Shown: in pieces, positions 44,546 through 52,965 of the stretch
Layout: every line of letters begins with the position of its first letter
Numbering within the stretch: position 1 is the first letter of the stretch
Origin: a virus
Taxonomy: Duplodnaviria > Caudoviricetes
Length of the DNA: 58,600 nt
Reading direction: 5' to 3' (one strand)
IMG/VR virus record: IMGVR_UViG_3300031834_000006
Coordinates: 1-58,600 of that record
The notes under the pieces: generated by a model
Databases searched by the model: none
What the model was told of the DNA's origin: nothing
The model's input: only the letters and a program-made list of their open reading frames with translations
Made by a program: the position numbers and the translations under genes

Positions 44546-45504
44546 TACTGGTTCCGCGTGGCGTAAATACCTTCTCCGTAAAGTTGAAGGTCTAGGCTTG
44601 GACGGGCAGGGCCTCGGTACTGATCGAGCTGCTCGTCCAAGTACTGGCGGCACTTGCCCCAATGGATTTCCGAGCGTTCCAAGTCAGCGTTATCCTCGGC
44701 TAGAATAGCAAGCATTGCGTGCTTAAGAATAGAAATCTGCGAAATGTAAACAACGTCGTTGTCGTCATAAACAGGCACAAAGCGTCTTTTGCACAATACG
44801 TGCACAAAGGATCCGGAGCTTGCTTGCGGTACGCGGTACCTGCGGAAACGGGTAACTCCGTCTCCGGGGCCAACCGTGGCAAAGATCTTACCGCTAGTTC
44901 CGGTGTACCCAGTCATGTTTAAGCGCAAGTCGTATCGGTTTAAAAGACTCGAAAACTGAATTGACTGAATTCCGTTAACCGTTGCGCCAAGATCAAAGTT
45001 CCCGTCGGTAGCATTATTTGTGGCTACTTGGAGCGCACTGTTCGGTGAACTATAACTGGTTACAGTAATACTTTCGCCGTTGTTAAAACTAATTCCAGTT
45101 GTATTTGTTGAGTCCTCGGCGGGCGTAACGTAAATAACACCAGCGTTTGTAAGTAAAGAATCAAGGTCCAAGATTTCATTTAAAACTGGGCGGTACCCGT
45201 CGTCCACCAAACCGAAGTTTAGGGTGGAGTCGTAATTGGCCCCCACTGCGCGGTAGTCGTGCCAAAGGCTGTGCACGCGGCTTGGCTGGTTATCCACCGA
45301 AGCAAACAGAACTGTGTCGGCTTGGTCCGGCAAGGTAAAGTAACCATTACTGCAATCAAAAGTTCCTTGAACGGTAAGGTCCCGCCAAATACCCATTCCG
45401 TAAATTACTTCCAACGCCTGATTAAGAACTGGTGCAAAGCTTTGGCCCGGCCCGGTATACGTTGAAAGTGATTGGCTTAACTGTCCTAAAGTGGTTGCGT
45501 GCAT
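44542..45504 (-). CDS. Probable head-tail adaptor (tail tubular protein A-like)
   Basis: 320 aa; helical N- and C-termini, YFTLP motif, beta-rich insert; located at the end of the tail operon. Confidence 0.55.
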   Translation of the reverse strand: MHATTLGQLSQSLSTYTGPGQSFAPVLNQALEVIYGMGIWRDLTVQGTFDCSNGYFTLPDQADTVLFASVDNQPSRVHSLWHDYRAVGANYDSTLNFGLVDDGYRPVLNEILDLDSLLTNAGVIYVTPAEDSTNTTGISFNNGESITVTSYSSPNSALQVATNNATDGNFDLGATVNGIQSIQFSSLLNRYDLRLNMTGYTGTSGKIFATVGPGDGVTRFRRYRVPQASSGSFVHVLCKRRFVPVYDDNDVVYISQISILKHAMLAILAEDNADLERSEIHWGKCRQYLDEQLDQYRGPARPSLDLQLYGEGIYATRNQY

Positions 45505-45635
45505 GGTTTTGTTTTACTTGGCTTTTGTTTCCATTTTCTTACGCAACGTAGACTTCTGATTAGAGTTTATGTTGGTACCCGAGTTCAAAAGATACTGAAC
45601 TTTTTTTTGAACTTTAGAGCTTAGCTCGGCTAATT

Positions 45636-46247
45636 TCATTTTGAATTAAACGCTTGGTTAAATTTATATTCAACGGCATTTTGAAAGGTCTTTGGCTTTT
45701 CACTTTTAATAATAGCAGCGGCGGCTTCCATGCGCGGAGCAACTCCATTCTTTTTTGCTTTGGCTTTGCGGTACTCGTCGTTGTCCAAGTACTCTTTAGC
45801 GGCTTGTTCAAACTGTTGATTTTTCAGAAACTGAATTGCTTTTGGGGAACCCGTAATATCTCCTCGGTAAGCCCCAGAAACCAAGTGAGCTTGTAGATTT
45901 GGCGAAAACTCATTGAACGTAGACTCGCCAACCAAGACCTTAATAAGGTTTATTTTCTCAGTAATTTTGGTTTGGGCCAAGGACTTAGCTGTAGTCTCAT
46001 TAATAGTCTTTTTGTAGTATGGACTAGACTTAAGGTCGGAGTCCGAGCCTTTTCCAATTAATGTTCCAACCCCAATTGTCCACTTGCCGTTTGAGTCTTG
46101 GTACGCCGCAGGTTTATAACCTTCGTAACCCCTAATTAAATTATAAGCGTTTTCGGGCAAGTTTGCAGGAACAACCCCGCGCTCGATTTGGGCTCGGCGT
46201 AAGGATTCTTGCGGCGTTATTTTTGGCTTTACAAGGATTGGTTCCAC
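45636..46247 (-). CDS. Lysozyme (GH24 muramidase)
   Basis: YEGYKPAAYQDSNGKWTIGVG carries the E-x8-D-x5-T catalytic triad. Confidence 0.88.
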   Translation of the reverse strand: MEPILVKPKITPQESLRRAQIERGVVPANLPENAYNLIRGYEGYKPAAYQDSNGKWTIGVGTLIGKGSDSDLKSSPYYKKTINETTAKSLAQTKITEKINLIKVLVGESTFNEFSPNLQAHLVSGAYRGDITGSPKAIQFLKNQQFEQAAKEYLDNDEYRKAKAKKNGVAPRMEAAAAIIKSEKPKTFQNAVEYKFNQAFNSK

Positions 46248-46379
46248 TTACTTGGCGTTTGGTTTAACTTTTACGGTGCCGCTATGAAGTTCGCGCTTGA
46301 GCTTGCCTTGTCCTTTGCCAGTTAAAGGACTTACCTTGCTAAGAAGATAAGCAACTTGTTTCTGCGTTTTGGTTTTCAC
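46248..46379 (-). CDS. Small basic protein (not in the ORF track)
   Basis: 43 aa MKTKTQKQVAYLLSKVSPLTGKGQGKLKRELHSGTVKVKPNAK; GTG is 6 nt after the -10 of TTGACT-N17-TAGCAT. Confidence 0.65.
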   Translation of the reverse strand: MKTKTQKQVAYLLSKVSPLTGKGQGKLKRELHSGTVKVKPNAK

Positions 46380-46410
46380 GCGCTAATGCTACTTTGAATT
46401 ATGCCCTAAG

Positions 46411-46653
46411 TCAAGAACCAGATTTGGAGCCTTTACAGTTCCACTTCTTGCGGCTTAGGTTGTTGGGCGAGTTCGGGTCGTCACGCCAGTCGCCTTTAAT
46501 AGCATTGGATCGGGCGCAGTAAGCATCAGCTTTGGCGGTGTTGGGTCGGATGCGATCACCCCCATCCGCTGCGTTTCCTGCTTGCCCAAACTTCACCGTG
46601 CGTGTGCGACCAGTTTTGGCGTTTGTAATTGTTTTTGAGAATCGTTTTTCCAT
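46411..46653 (-). CDS. Small basic conserved phage protein
   Basis: 80 aa with VKFGQAG...YCARS...SPN...SRKKWNC, a motif common in aquatic phages. Confidence 0.75.
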   Translation of the reverse strand: MEKRFSKTITNAKTGRTRTVKFGQAGNAADGGDRIRPNTAKADAYCARSNAIKGDWRDDPNSPNNLSRKKWNCKGSKSGS

Positions 46654-46697
46654 AAGTGTTAAGGGTAAAAGGTAAATAGATGATATGTCAAGAACGG

Positions 46698-47351
46698 TTA
46701 ATAAAACGTGTCTTTAATTGTGTACGTAAGGGTTCTTGTAGAAGTAGTACTTTCCTGTGTAAATACTATTTGACTTTTACTAAGTGTCACGCTTTGTACG
46801 GATAAGCTGGCGTTTTGGGTTGTTTTAATTGTTTTGTGCTTGTGATACCACTGTTCGTTGTACCCACACCAAAAATCAAGTATTTCAATTAAAAGACCAC
46901 TTGCACGGACTCCCATAAGGGGAATACTCGCTTGATCAAGATCGTACCAAACGGGTTTTAAAACACCCTGTGATGTATTAAATAAAAGAACACCCTCACC
47001 CACCTCTGATGAAATCCCCACCACATCGATTGGCGTAAATACTGTATAAAAACCATCTTCATCCACTGTATTTAATACCCTTGTACACGTTCTCGTTCCG
47101 CTCGTCGGGTCTCCTGCTGTCGGGATCAGTGTTACTGGAGGGGCAGCTTTTGTCACCCAAGACACCATTACCTCTACTTCTTTTGCATTACACACCCACT
47201 CTGCCACTACGTCAAAGGTGGTCGGTGTTGAGGAGAACTCGTTTGGTGAATCGACCTCACCTATTTCAACTACTTCGTTCGCTACCTGACTTAACTCTTT
47301 ATCCTTTACGAAGAATAGGTTTAGCCTGTCGCCGTCGATTAGTCCCGCCAT
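46698..47351 (-). CDS. Tail/virion structural protein (hypothetical)
   Basis: 217 aa, beta- and Thr-rich, in the tail operon. Confidence 0.55.
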   Translation of the reverse strand: MAGLIDGDRLNLFFVKDKELSQVANEVVEIGEVDSPNEFSSTPTTFDVVAEWVCNAKEVEVMVSWVTKAAPPVTLIPTAGDPTSGTRTCTRVLNTVDEDGFYTVFTPIDVVGISSEVGEGVLLFNTSQGVLKPVWYDLDQASIPLMGVRASGLLIEILDFWCGYNEQWYHKHKTIKTTQNASLSVQSVTLSKSQIVFTQESTTSTRTLTYTIKDTFY

Positions 47352-47365
47352 AATGATTATTATTA

Positions 47366-47785
47366 TTATTCAAGTTCAGTAAAGTCTTCTGATACCTGTA
47401 TTTTAATCTTACCAGCAACGCCAGCTTTCCAGCAATAGAATTCTTTTTCAACACCACCAACGCCACCACCACCGCTAACTATATTAGGGGAGCCTTTAGC
47501 ACTAGGTTGTACCTTATCAAACTTCATGGGTATGTCAGTACCGTCTCTAGTGGTAACCGTTTCTTCGGGTGTCTTTAGGTTAACGGGTCTAGATAGTTTA
47601 CCTATCTCCTTAGATATCATTTCACCCAAATCATTTTTAGCGTCGGTCGCTTCTACGATTTGTTCTTTGAGTTCTCTAGTAGACAGACCTTTTATATCAA
47701 CACCAAGATCAAGTGCTTGTTTCTGAACACTCTTTCTGTTTGTGTTGACCTCAGATAGAGGAACGGCTTTTGCGTATTCACCCAT
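47366..47785 (-). CDS. Hypothetical virion protein
   Basis: 139 aa in the tail operon. Confidence 0.55.
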   Translation of the reverse strand: MGEYAKAVPLSEVNTNRKSVQKQALDLGVDIKGLSTRELKEQIVEATDAKNDLGEMISKEIGKLSRPVNLKTPEETVTTRDGTDIPMKFDKVQPSAKGSPNIVSGGGGVGGVEKEFYCWKAGVAGKIKIQVSEDFTELE

Positions 47786-47789
47786 ATAG

Positions 47790-49685
47790 TTATGCGAGGT
47801 TTGAAGCGTCTAGTACTACGGCTGTGCATTTAGCCCACCCCCACTTGTACGGCTCCACACTGGTACGTATGACATACAGCCCAGAGGTGGGAACGGCAGG
47901 TGGGGATGTTGCAGGCAACACCGTAGGGGATACACTTCCCCGCGCAACAGCAGCCCCATTGTTCTCTACGTCAAAGTTTAAAGGGGCAAAGTAAAAACCG
48001 TTTTCGCTAAACCCAGTTTTGACTTTAACGGACACAGTTTGTTCTTTTGTAGTACCCCCACCGATAGAAATCGTGGGGTGTAGTGTTGCGGGTATTGTTA
48101 GTGCTTGTACTGAAAGAGATCCGTCTCTTTCTGAACTCACCCTTTTTGATTTATCATACGACGAGTTCTCCGCCGAAAAAGACGCTGCCACAGTAGCACC
48201 AGCACTTACCGATACCCCTACTTTAGCTCCCGTCAAAACAATAGTATGCGAAACGGGCTTAAACAAGGGCCACGGTAAGTTCGGACCTATAATACTTGTT
48301 AGCCTTTGTCTTAGTGAGGATTCAGTAACAGACCCATTTACAGTCTGTATGAAGAACGCGATCACACGAACGGGGATATCGGAACCCCACGATTTTTGAA
48401 TATCAATTTTTAATTCAGGCTTTACGGTAGCTGTTGCTGATGCAGTGTCTGTTTCGTTTCCAGAAACGCTGCCCGATGTCCCAACAGCGTTGCCTACCCA
48501 CTCAGAGTCGCTGTAACCTGAACCACCATCCTGCGACCAAATAACCTCAATCGATTTTAAAGTGTCTGGCACTTGGATATCCATCCGACTGGGGAAGGAT
48601 ATAGAGTAGGTGTCTAGTGACGCAGAGGGAGTTGTCTGTACTGTCTTTAAAGTACGGTCTTCGTTGACCGCTTTGTAAGATGTATTAGCCAGACTAGTAT
48701 CCACCAAAGAAGGCGGAACAAACTGTTCGGTTGTAATGATCTGGGTATTGAGAGTATCGTCCCACTCACTGGAAACAAGCGTGGGCCAAGCATCTACGCT
48801 AACCGTTTCCTTAACGGAGCTACCGTCGCCCGTTGGCGTAACAACTGATTGTGCAACTAAGAAACCAGAATCAGGAGTCAGGATGCCCGATGAGTACGTC
48901 TCAACCGTGTTCGCTTTGGTGGACTCAACGTAGTTACGCTTGCCCAAAAGAACTACGTCGGTTGTAGGCTTTGGTTGGATTACGCTCTTTACAAGCTTTA
49001 CGTTAGGGTTGAGCTGGTCTTGAGACGCTTGAAGTTCGTTTGCCGCTAGTGTTGGGCTAACCGCTATGCCTTCTACTATTTCCTCTGTGGTAGTTCTTGG
49101 TAGTGACGAACGGTACTTATCAGGAACCAGATCGGGTACTTGGGTTAGGTACGAAAGCTTGTAGTCTAAGAAAGCTGTCTCAACATACGTATGCGTTTCC
49201 TGTACGTACAAAGAATCAAGTTCGGGTTGTTCAATTTTCTTCTGCTGCTTGTCAAAGAACACGTACTCCACACCGTCAAATGTATCTTGCGGTACGTCTG
49301 GCATTGCGGAGCCAAACTCTGGCGTTGCGGGATCGAAGTCTGCTCGCGGAGTTATGTACTCTCTAAGCACCACCCGAAACTCTCGTCCGCCGACATTGCC
49401 GATGATGTTACGAAAGCCCGAAGCAAAGTTATACAGGTCTTGGTTCTCACGATCCGCTGCGTAGAAGAACTCAAAGATTTCGTTGCGCTCGATGTCAACG
49501 GGCTTGATGTAAATCAGCTTGTGGTGGGGCCACTTTGTTTCGTTAGGATGCGGCGTACCGTACTCAGGAAACGCGTTGCGGTTGCAGTCTCGGATTTCGC
49601 TGAACAAGACATCCGTAACAAGCGGAGTCGGAAAGATTTTCCTGTCCTGCCTATACGGTGCTTGGGGTAAGGCTGAAATTGGCAT
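47790..49685 (-). CDS. Tail structural protein (hypothetical)
   Basis: 631 aa, S/T/V-rich, coupled to the fibre-like gene. Confidence 0.6.
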   Translation of the reverse strand: MPISALPQAPYRQDRKIFPTPLVTDVLFSEIRDCNRNAFPEYGTPHPNETKWPHHKLIYIKPVDIERNEIFEFFYAADRENQDLYNFASGFRNIIGNVGGREFRVVLREYITPRADFDPATPEFGSAMPDVPQDTFDGVEYVFFDKQQKKIEQPELDSLYVQETHTYVETAFLDYKLSYLTQVPDLVPDKYRSSLPRTTTEEIVEGIAVSPTLAANELQASQDQLNPNVKLVKSVIQPKPTTDVVLLGKRNYVESTKANTVETYSSGILTPDSGFLVAQSVVTPTGDGSSVKETVSVDAWPTLVSSEWDDTLNTQIITTEQFVPPSLVDTSLANTSYKAVNEDRTLKTVQTTPSASLDTYSISFPSRMDIQVPDTLKSIEVIWSQDGGSGYSDSEWVGNAVGTSGSVSGNETDTASATATVKPELKIDIQKSWGSDIPVRVIAFFIQTVNGSVTESSLRQRLTSIIGPNLPWPLFKPVSHTIVLTGAKVGVSVSAGATVAASFSAENSSYDKSKRVSSERDGSLSVQALTIPATLHPTISIGGGTTKEQTVSVKVKTGFSENGFYFAPLNFDVENNGAAVARGSVSPTVLPATSPPAVPTSGLYVIRTSVEPYKWGWAKCTAVVLDASNLA

Positions 49686-50761
49686 TAAAGAATGGCTAAG
49701 TAATTATAAGTTTTACCTGCTGTAATACTACTACTAGCATTAACTGTAAAACCACCGCTAGCTGCTAGAGGCATAAGTACGTGAGCTTCTATTCCTGTAC
49801 TCCCGTACTGTTGTGTGAATACTTTAGAAGTAGCTGTCATACCAGTTACGGGAACAGAAACCTGAGTTGATCCTGTTGTAGCCCATGAAAAAGAACCAGC
49901 AACAATACCTACTCCAGCCAACGGCAAACCCGTACAATTAGTAAGGGTTCCTGCTGATGGGATTCCCAAGTTCGGCGTTGTTAGGGTTGGAGAGGTTGAA
50001 TATGCTGGGGCCGCACCCACACCAGAAGACGTAAGCACGCTACCAACTGTTGCTGATGCGGCAAGTTTGCCCAAGACATTTGTTGCGCTAGCGTATAGGA
50101 TATCTCCAGTAGTATATGAAGTTATTCCTGTACCCCCACTAGCTACAGTATTAGTGGGGTTTGTAACCCAAGTTGGTGCTGCCGCCCCACTGCTTTGGAG
50201 TATTTGACCAACAGCACCGACGGGTATGTATCCTGTAGCGGAAGAGGCAGTTTGGTAAGGTATTGTAAAAGCAGTTGCTCCTGATAAATTTGTAGCGGTT
50301 GTAGCGGTTGCAGCATTTCCAGTGCATGTTGATGCAGTACCAACCGTAATCCCAGTAGGCAGTGCGCCTGTTGCCAACTTGCTTAAAGCGATAGCAGCAC
50401 CTGCTGCGATATTGCCATCAGTAATAGTTGTAGCTGCAATCTTTGCGCTGGTTACAGCACCGTCTGCGATCTTAGCGGTTGTAACGCCAGTGCCCGCTGT
50501 GCTGTAGTCCGCAAGCTTCGCTGTAGTTACAGCACCTACTGCGATCTTATCCGTGGTTACGCTAAGGGTTAAAATCTTAGCTGTGGTTACAGCGTCGTCT
50601 GCGATCTTAGCGGTTGTAACGCCAGTACCCGCTGCGGTATAGTTTTCGAGCTTAGCTGTGGTTACCGCTAAGTTTGCAATCTTACCAGTAGTTACAGAAA
50701 GATCTGCTGGAGTACTAACGCCAGCATCTGCAATAACAAGGGTATAAGTATCAGAAGGCAT
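49685..50761 (-). CDS. Tail fibre-like protein with VTTAKIAD repeats
   Basis: About 8 decapeptide-spaced VT(T/S)xK(I/L) repeats plus GQILQSSGAAAPTW fibre knuckles. Confidence 0.75.
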   Translation of the reverse strand: MPSDTYTLVIADAGVSTPADLSVTTGKIANLAVTTAKLENYTAAGTGVTTAKIADDAVTTAKILTLSVTTDKIAVGAVTTAKLADYSTAGTGVTTAKIADGAVTSAKIAATTITDGNIAAGAAIALSKLATGALPTGITVGTASTCTGNAATATTATNLSGATAFTIPYQTASSATGYIPVGAVGQILQSSGAAAPTWVTNPTNTVASGGTGITSYTTGDILYASATNVLGKLAASATVGSVLTSSGVGAAPAYSTSPTLTTPNLGIPSAGTLTNCTGLPLAGVGIVAGSFSWATTGSTQVSVPVTGMTATSKVFTQQYGSTGIEAHVLMPLAASGGFTVNASSSITAGKTYNYLAIL

Positions 50762-50766
50762 AATAG

Positions 50767-51120
50767 TTAAGCGTCGTTAGTGGTTTGTGCGCGAGCGGTA
50801 AGTGAGCCGTAAAGGAGTCTGGTGCGTACTACAGGCGAGCCGCGATCCATAAAGAGATCCCACTCATAGATACCACTACCCGCCCGTAGGGTTTTGGTTT
50901 GAGCTTTGGTAATTGTAATAAGAACTTGTCCGTTAGTCGCAGTGCCTAAGACAGTAGGCGTAAGATCAAGCACTTCCTTTTTTGAAGCAACTTCCCGAAC
51001 GTCAGCAATAAAGGTGGTGCTAGTTAAATCAACAGCAGCACCAGCCTGATTCTGAATCGTAAGCACGAAGCTGTAATCCGCTCCGCGATCTAAGGTAATG
51101 TTGTAGTTGGCTGCTAGCAT
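50767..51120 (-). CDS. Fibre adaptor / baseplate-upper-like Ig-fold protein (paralog of 55230-55574)
   Basis: AANYNITLDRGADYSFVL...ADVRE...TKTL...YEWDLF...RLLYG. Confidence 0.65.
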   Translation of the reverse strand: MLAANYNITLDRGADYSFVLTIQNQAGAAVDLTSTTFIADVREVASKKEVLDLTPTVLGTATNGQVLITITKAQTKTLRAGSGIYEWDLFMDRGSPVVRTRLLYGSLTARAQTTNDA

Positions 51121-51148
51121 TTAGTCGAGTTGTCTGATTTGGAATGCG

Positions 51149-51766
51149 TTAAAAAGTACCAGTTGGAGTACCATTAACAACTGCATGAGAGAAATATTGA
51201 GAAAGATTTGTCGAGTAATTTGAACCATTATCTGAACTCCATTTGAAAGTTAAGTTATCTCCTCCAGCACCCTCTTCATGCACTATACGGATAGGATATT
51301 GAGTGCCAGTTGTTAGGGGAACAGCCGCAGATGTTGCATCTGTGGCTCCCTGTCCATTCCCACCAAGGCCATTGTTTACAGTTGCATTGGAGGCATTTCT
51401 TGTTTGCCCTTCTAGAGCTAAATTCCCAACCCATACGCCAGAACTATCATCTGAATTTGTCCTAAAATAATAATCGCCAGAAGTTGGCGGGGTAAAGTAG
51501 CCGATAGCAATGAACCCGTAAGAATCACCAAGAGTAGTATACTCAATATTTTGTCTAACGTGTCTTCCCGAACCTCCATCTATTATAGTTGAATCACTTG
51601 TTGCCGATAAGGGCAGAGGATAACCATTAATGTCCCCACTCGGAATAGTCGCTCTAAAACTTCCACTAAAGAATTTTGCAACAAGACCAGCTGCGTAAGT
51701 TGACGCGGACGGGTTGTCGCCCACCTTGTTGGTAATAGCAAGAGTATTTCCTAGACCTAAACGCAT
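51149..51766 (-). CDS. PA14-domain (carbohydrate-binding) virion protein
   Basis: GLVAKFF...GYFTPPTSGDYYFRTNSDDSSGVWV...YPIRIVHEEGAGGDNLTFKW; start MRLGLG at 51766. Confidence 0.8.
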   Translation of the reverse strand: MRLGLGNTLAITNKVGDNPSASTYAAGLVAKFFSGSFRATIPSGDINGYPLPLSATSDSTIIDGGSGRHVRQNIEYTTLGDSYGFIAIGYFTPPTSGDYYFRTNSDDSSGVWVGNLALEGQTRNASNATVNNGLGGNGQGATDATSAAVPLTTGTQYPIRIVHEEGAGGDNLTFKWSSDNGSNYSTNLSQYFSHAVVNGTPTGTF

Positions 51767-51771
51767 TAAAG

Positions 51772-52038
51772 TTAAAGTGCTTTGTAAAATATAGCAGTTC
51801 CAGTAATGGCTCCAGTTGAGCCACTTACAATAACAATTGGAGTGAACAAGACGAAACCAGCAGGATACGTAATTCCAGTTTGGGTTCCCAAAAGAAGTGG
51901 AGTGGTTAGCGCAATAGTAATCGTTACGGCAGTTACGCATTGCATAGCACAGTACTCACCAATAGGAATAGTTGCTGTAGTAACGATCTGTGCGCCGCCT
52001 TCTCCGAAGGACTGTTTATCGATTGGTGTCATTGGCAT
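51772..52038 (-). CDS. Small virion (decoration-like) protein
   Basis: 88 aa, beta-rich; own promoter TTGCTT-N17-TAATAT (52048-52076). Confidence 0.6.
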   Translation of the reverse strand: MPMTPIDKQSFGEGGAQIVTTATIPIGEYCAMQCVTAVTITIALTTPLLLGTQTGITYPAGFVLFTPIVIVSGSTGAITGTAIFYKAL

Positions 52039-52083
52039 AAGGTGTGTATATTACTGGAGGTAGCTTAAAAAAGCAAGCCTTCA

Positions 52084-52233
52084 TTATTTTGGTTTCTTCG
52101 CTGTCTTAGCTGCGTCCTTGAAGTTCTTTGCCGTTGGTGCTGCTTTGCTGCCGACTTTGTTCATCTTCTCGCCGCTGCCACCTTTAATGCGGTCTTGTTT
52201 GGCTTTGATATTACTGTATAGTCCTTGTTTCAT
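52084..52233 (-). CDS. Small basic conserved phage protein (not in the ORF track)
   Basis: 49 aa MKQGLYSNIKAKQDRIKGGSGEKMNKVGSKAAPTAKNFKDAAKTAKKPK. Confidence 0.7.
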   Translation of the reverse strand: MKQGLYSNIKAKQDRIKGGSGEKMNKVGSKAAPTAKNFKDAAKTAKKPK

Positions 52234-52255
52234 AGTGTTGTGTGGTTGAACGCCT

Positions 52256-52573
52256 TCATTTAGGCGTTGAGATAGTGGTGCGAATGATTTTGCTAATACG
52301 AAATCCTTTTGGTATAGTCGGTGCAGGTGGAACGACTAGCGTTGCAGACGGCTCGCTTTCACCTGCGATGTTGCTGCCTGTCACGTTAGCGTTGGTTCTG
52401 CCGTCAGGAATCTGTACGGTTACCTCGGTGTTGCTAGTGCTGGCTACGGGAACGCCGTTAATGTATAGCGTGTATGAGTCCGCATCCGCCGTAGCGTCCC
52501 ATGCAAAGGTCACTGTGCGGTCGGCTAGTGCAGAGGTAGCTAGCATCAGCATGACCAGCAACACTCTCATCAT
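52256..52573 (-). CDS. Secreted fibronectin type III-like protein
   Basis: Signal peptide ending SALA-D; VTFAWDA...YTLY...VTGSNIAGESEPS FN3 signature. Confidence 0.7.
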   Translation of the reverse strand: MMRVLLVMLMLATSALADRTVTFAWDATADADSYTLYINGVPVASTSNTEVTVQIPDGRTNANVTGSNIAGESEPSATLVVPPAPTIPKGFRISKIIRTTISTPK

Positions 52574-52953
52574 GGCTCTCGTGCAGGTGGTGGTTCTGGT
52601 GCAGGCGGTGCGATGATATAAGCCAATAACGCCCTTGCTTCAATTAGGGCTTCTTCTGCGGCAGCAATATTGGCTTCTGCTGCTTCTTTCTTTCTTTGTA
52701 CGTCAGGCTTGAGGACTTCATTGGCAATGGTTTTCATTGCAACAATATCATTAGCAACTACAGCAGCCGAAACATCTATAAGTATGTTGTCTACTTTAGT
52801 TTTTAGTTCTGCGTATTGAGCAACAAGTGACAGATTTACTTCAGAAATATCTTCGGAAGTAATAGGTGCTATTTGACCGCTCCAATCAGTGGCGGATGCC
52901 CCACGGAATGATCCGTCTTGGTTGAATGTGATGATAATGCGTTCGGTAATCAT
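52570..52953 (-). CDS. Hypothetical protein (possible fibre chaperone)
   Basis: 127 aa directly after tail fibre 1. Confidence 0.55.
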   Translation of the reverse strand: MITERIIITFNQDGSFRGASATDWSGQIAPITSEDISEVNLSLVAQYAELKTKVDNILIDVSAAVVANDIVAMKTIANEVLKPDVQRKKEAAEANIAAAEEALIEARALLAYIIAPPAPEPPPAREP

Positions 52954-52965
52954 TTGTTTTTTAAT

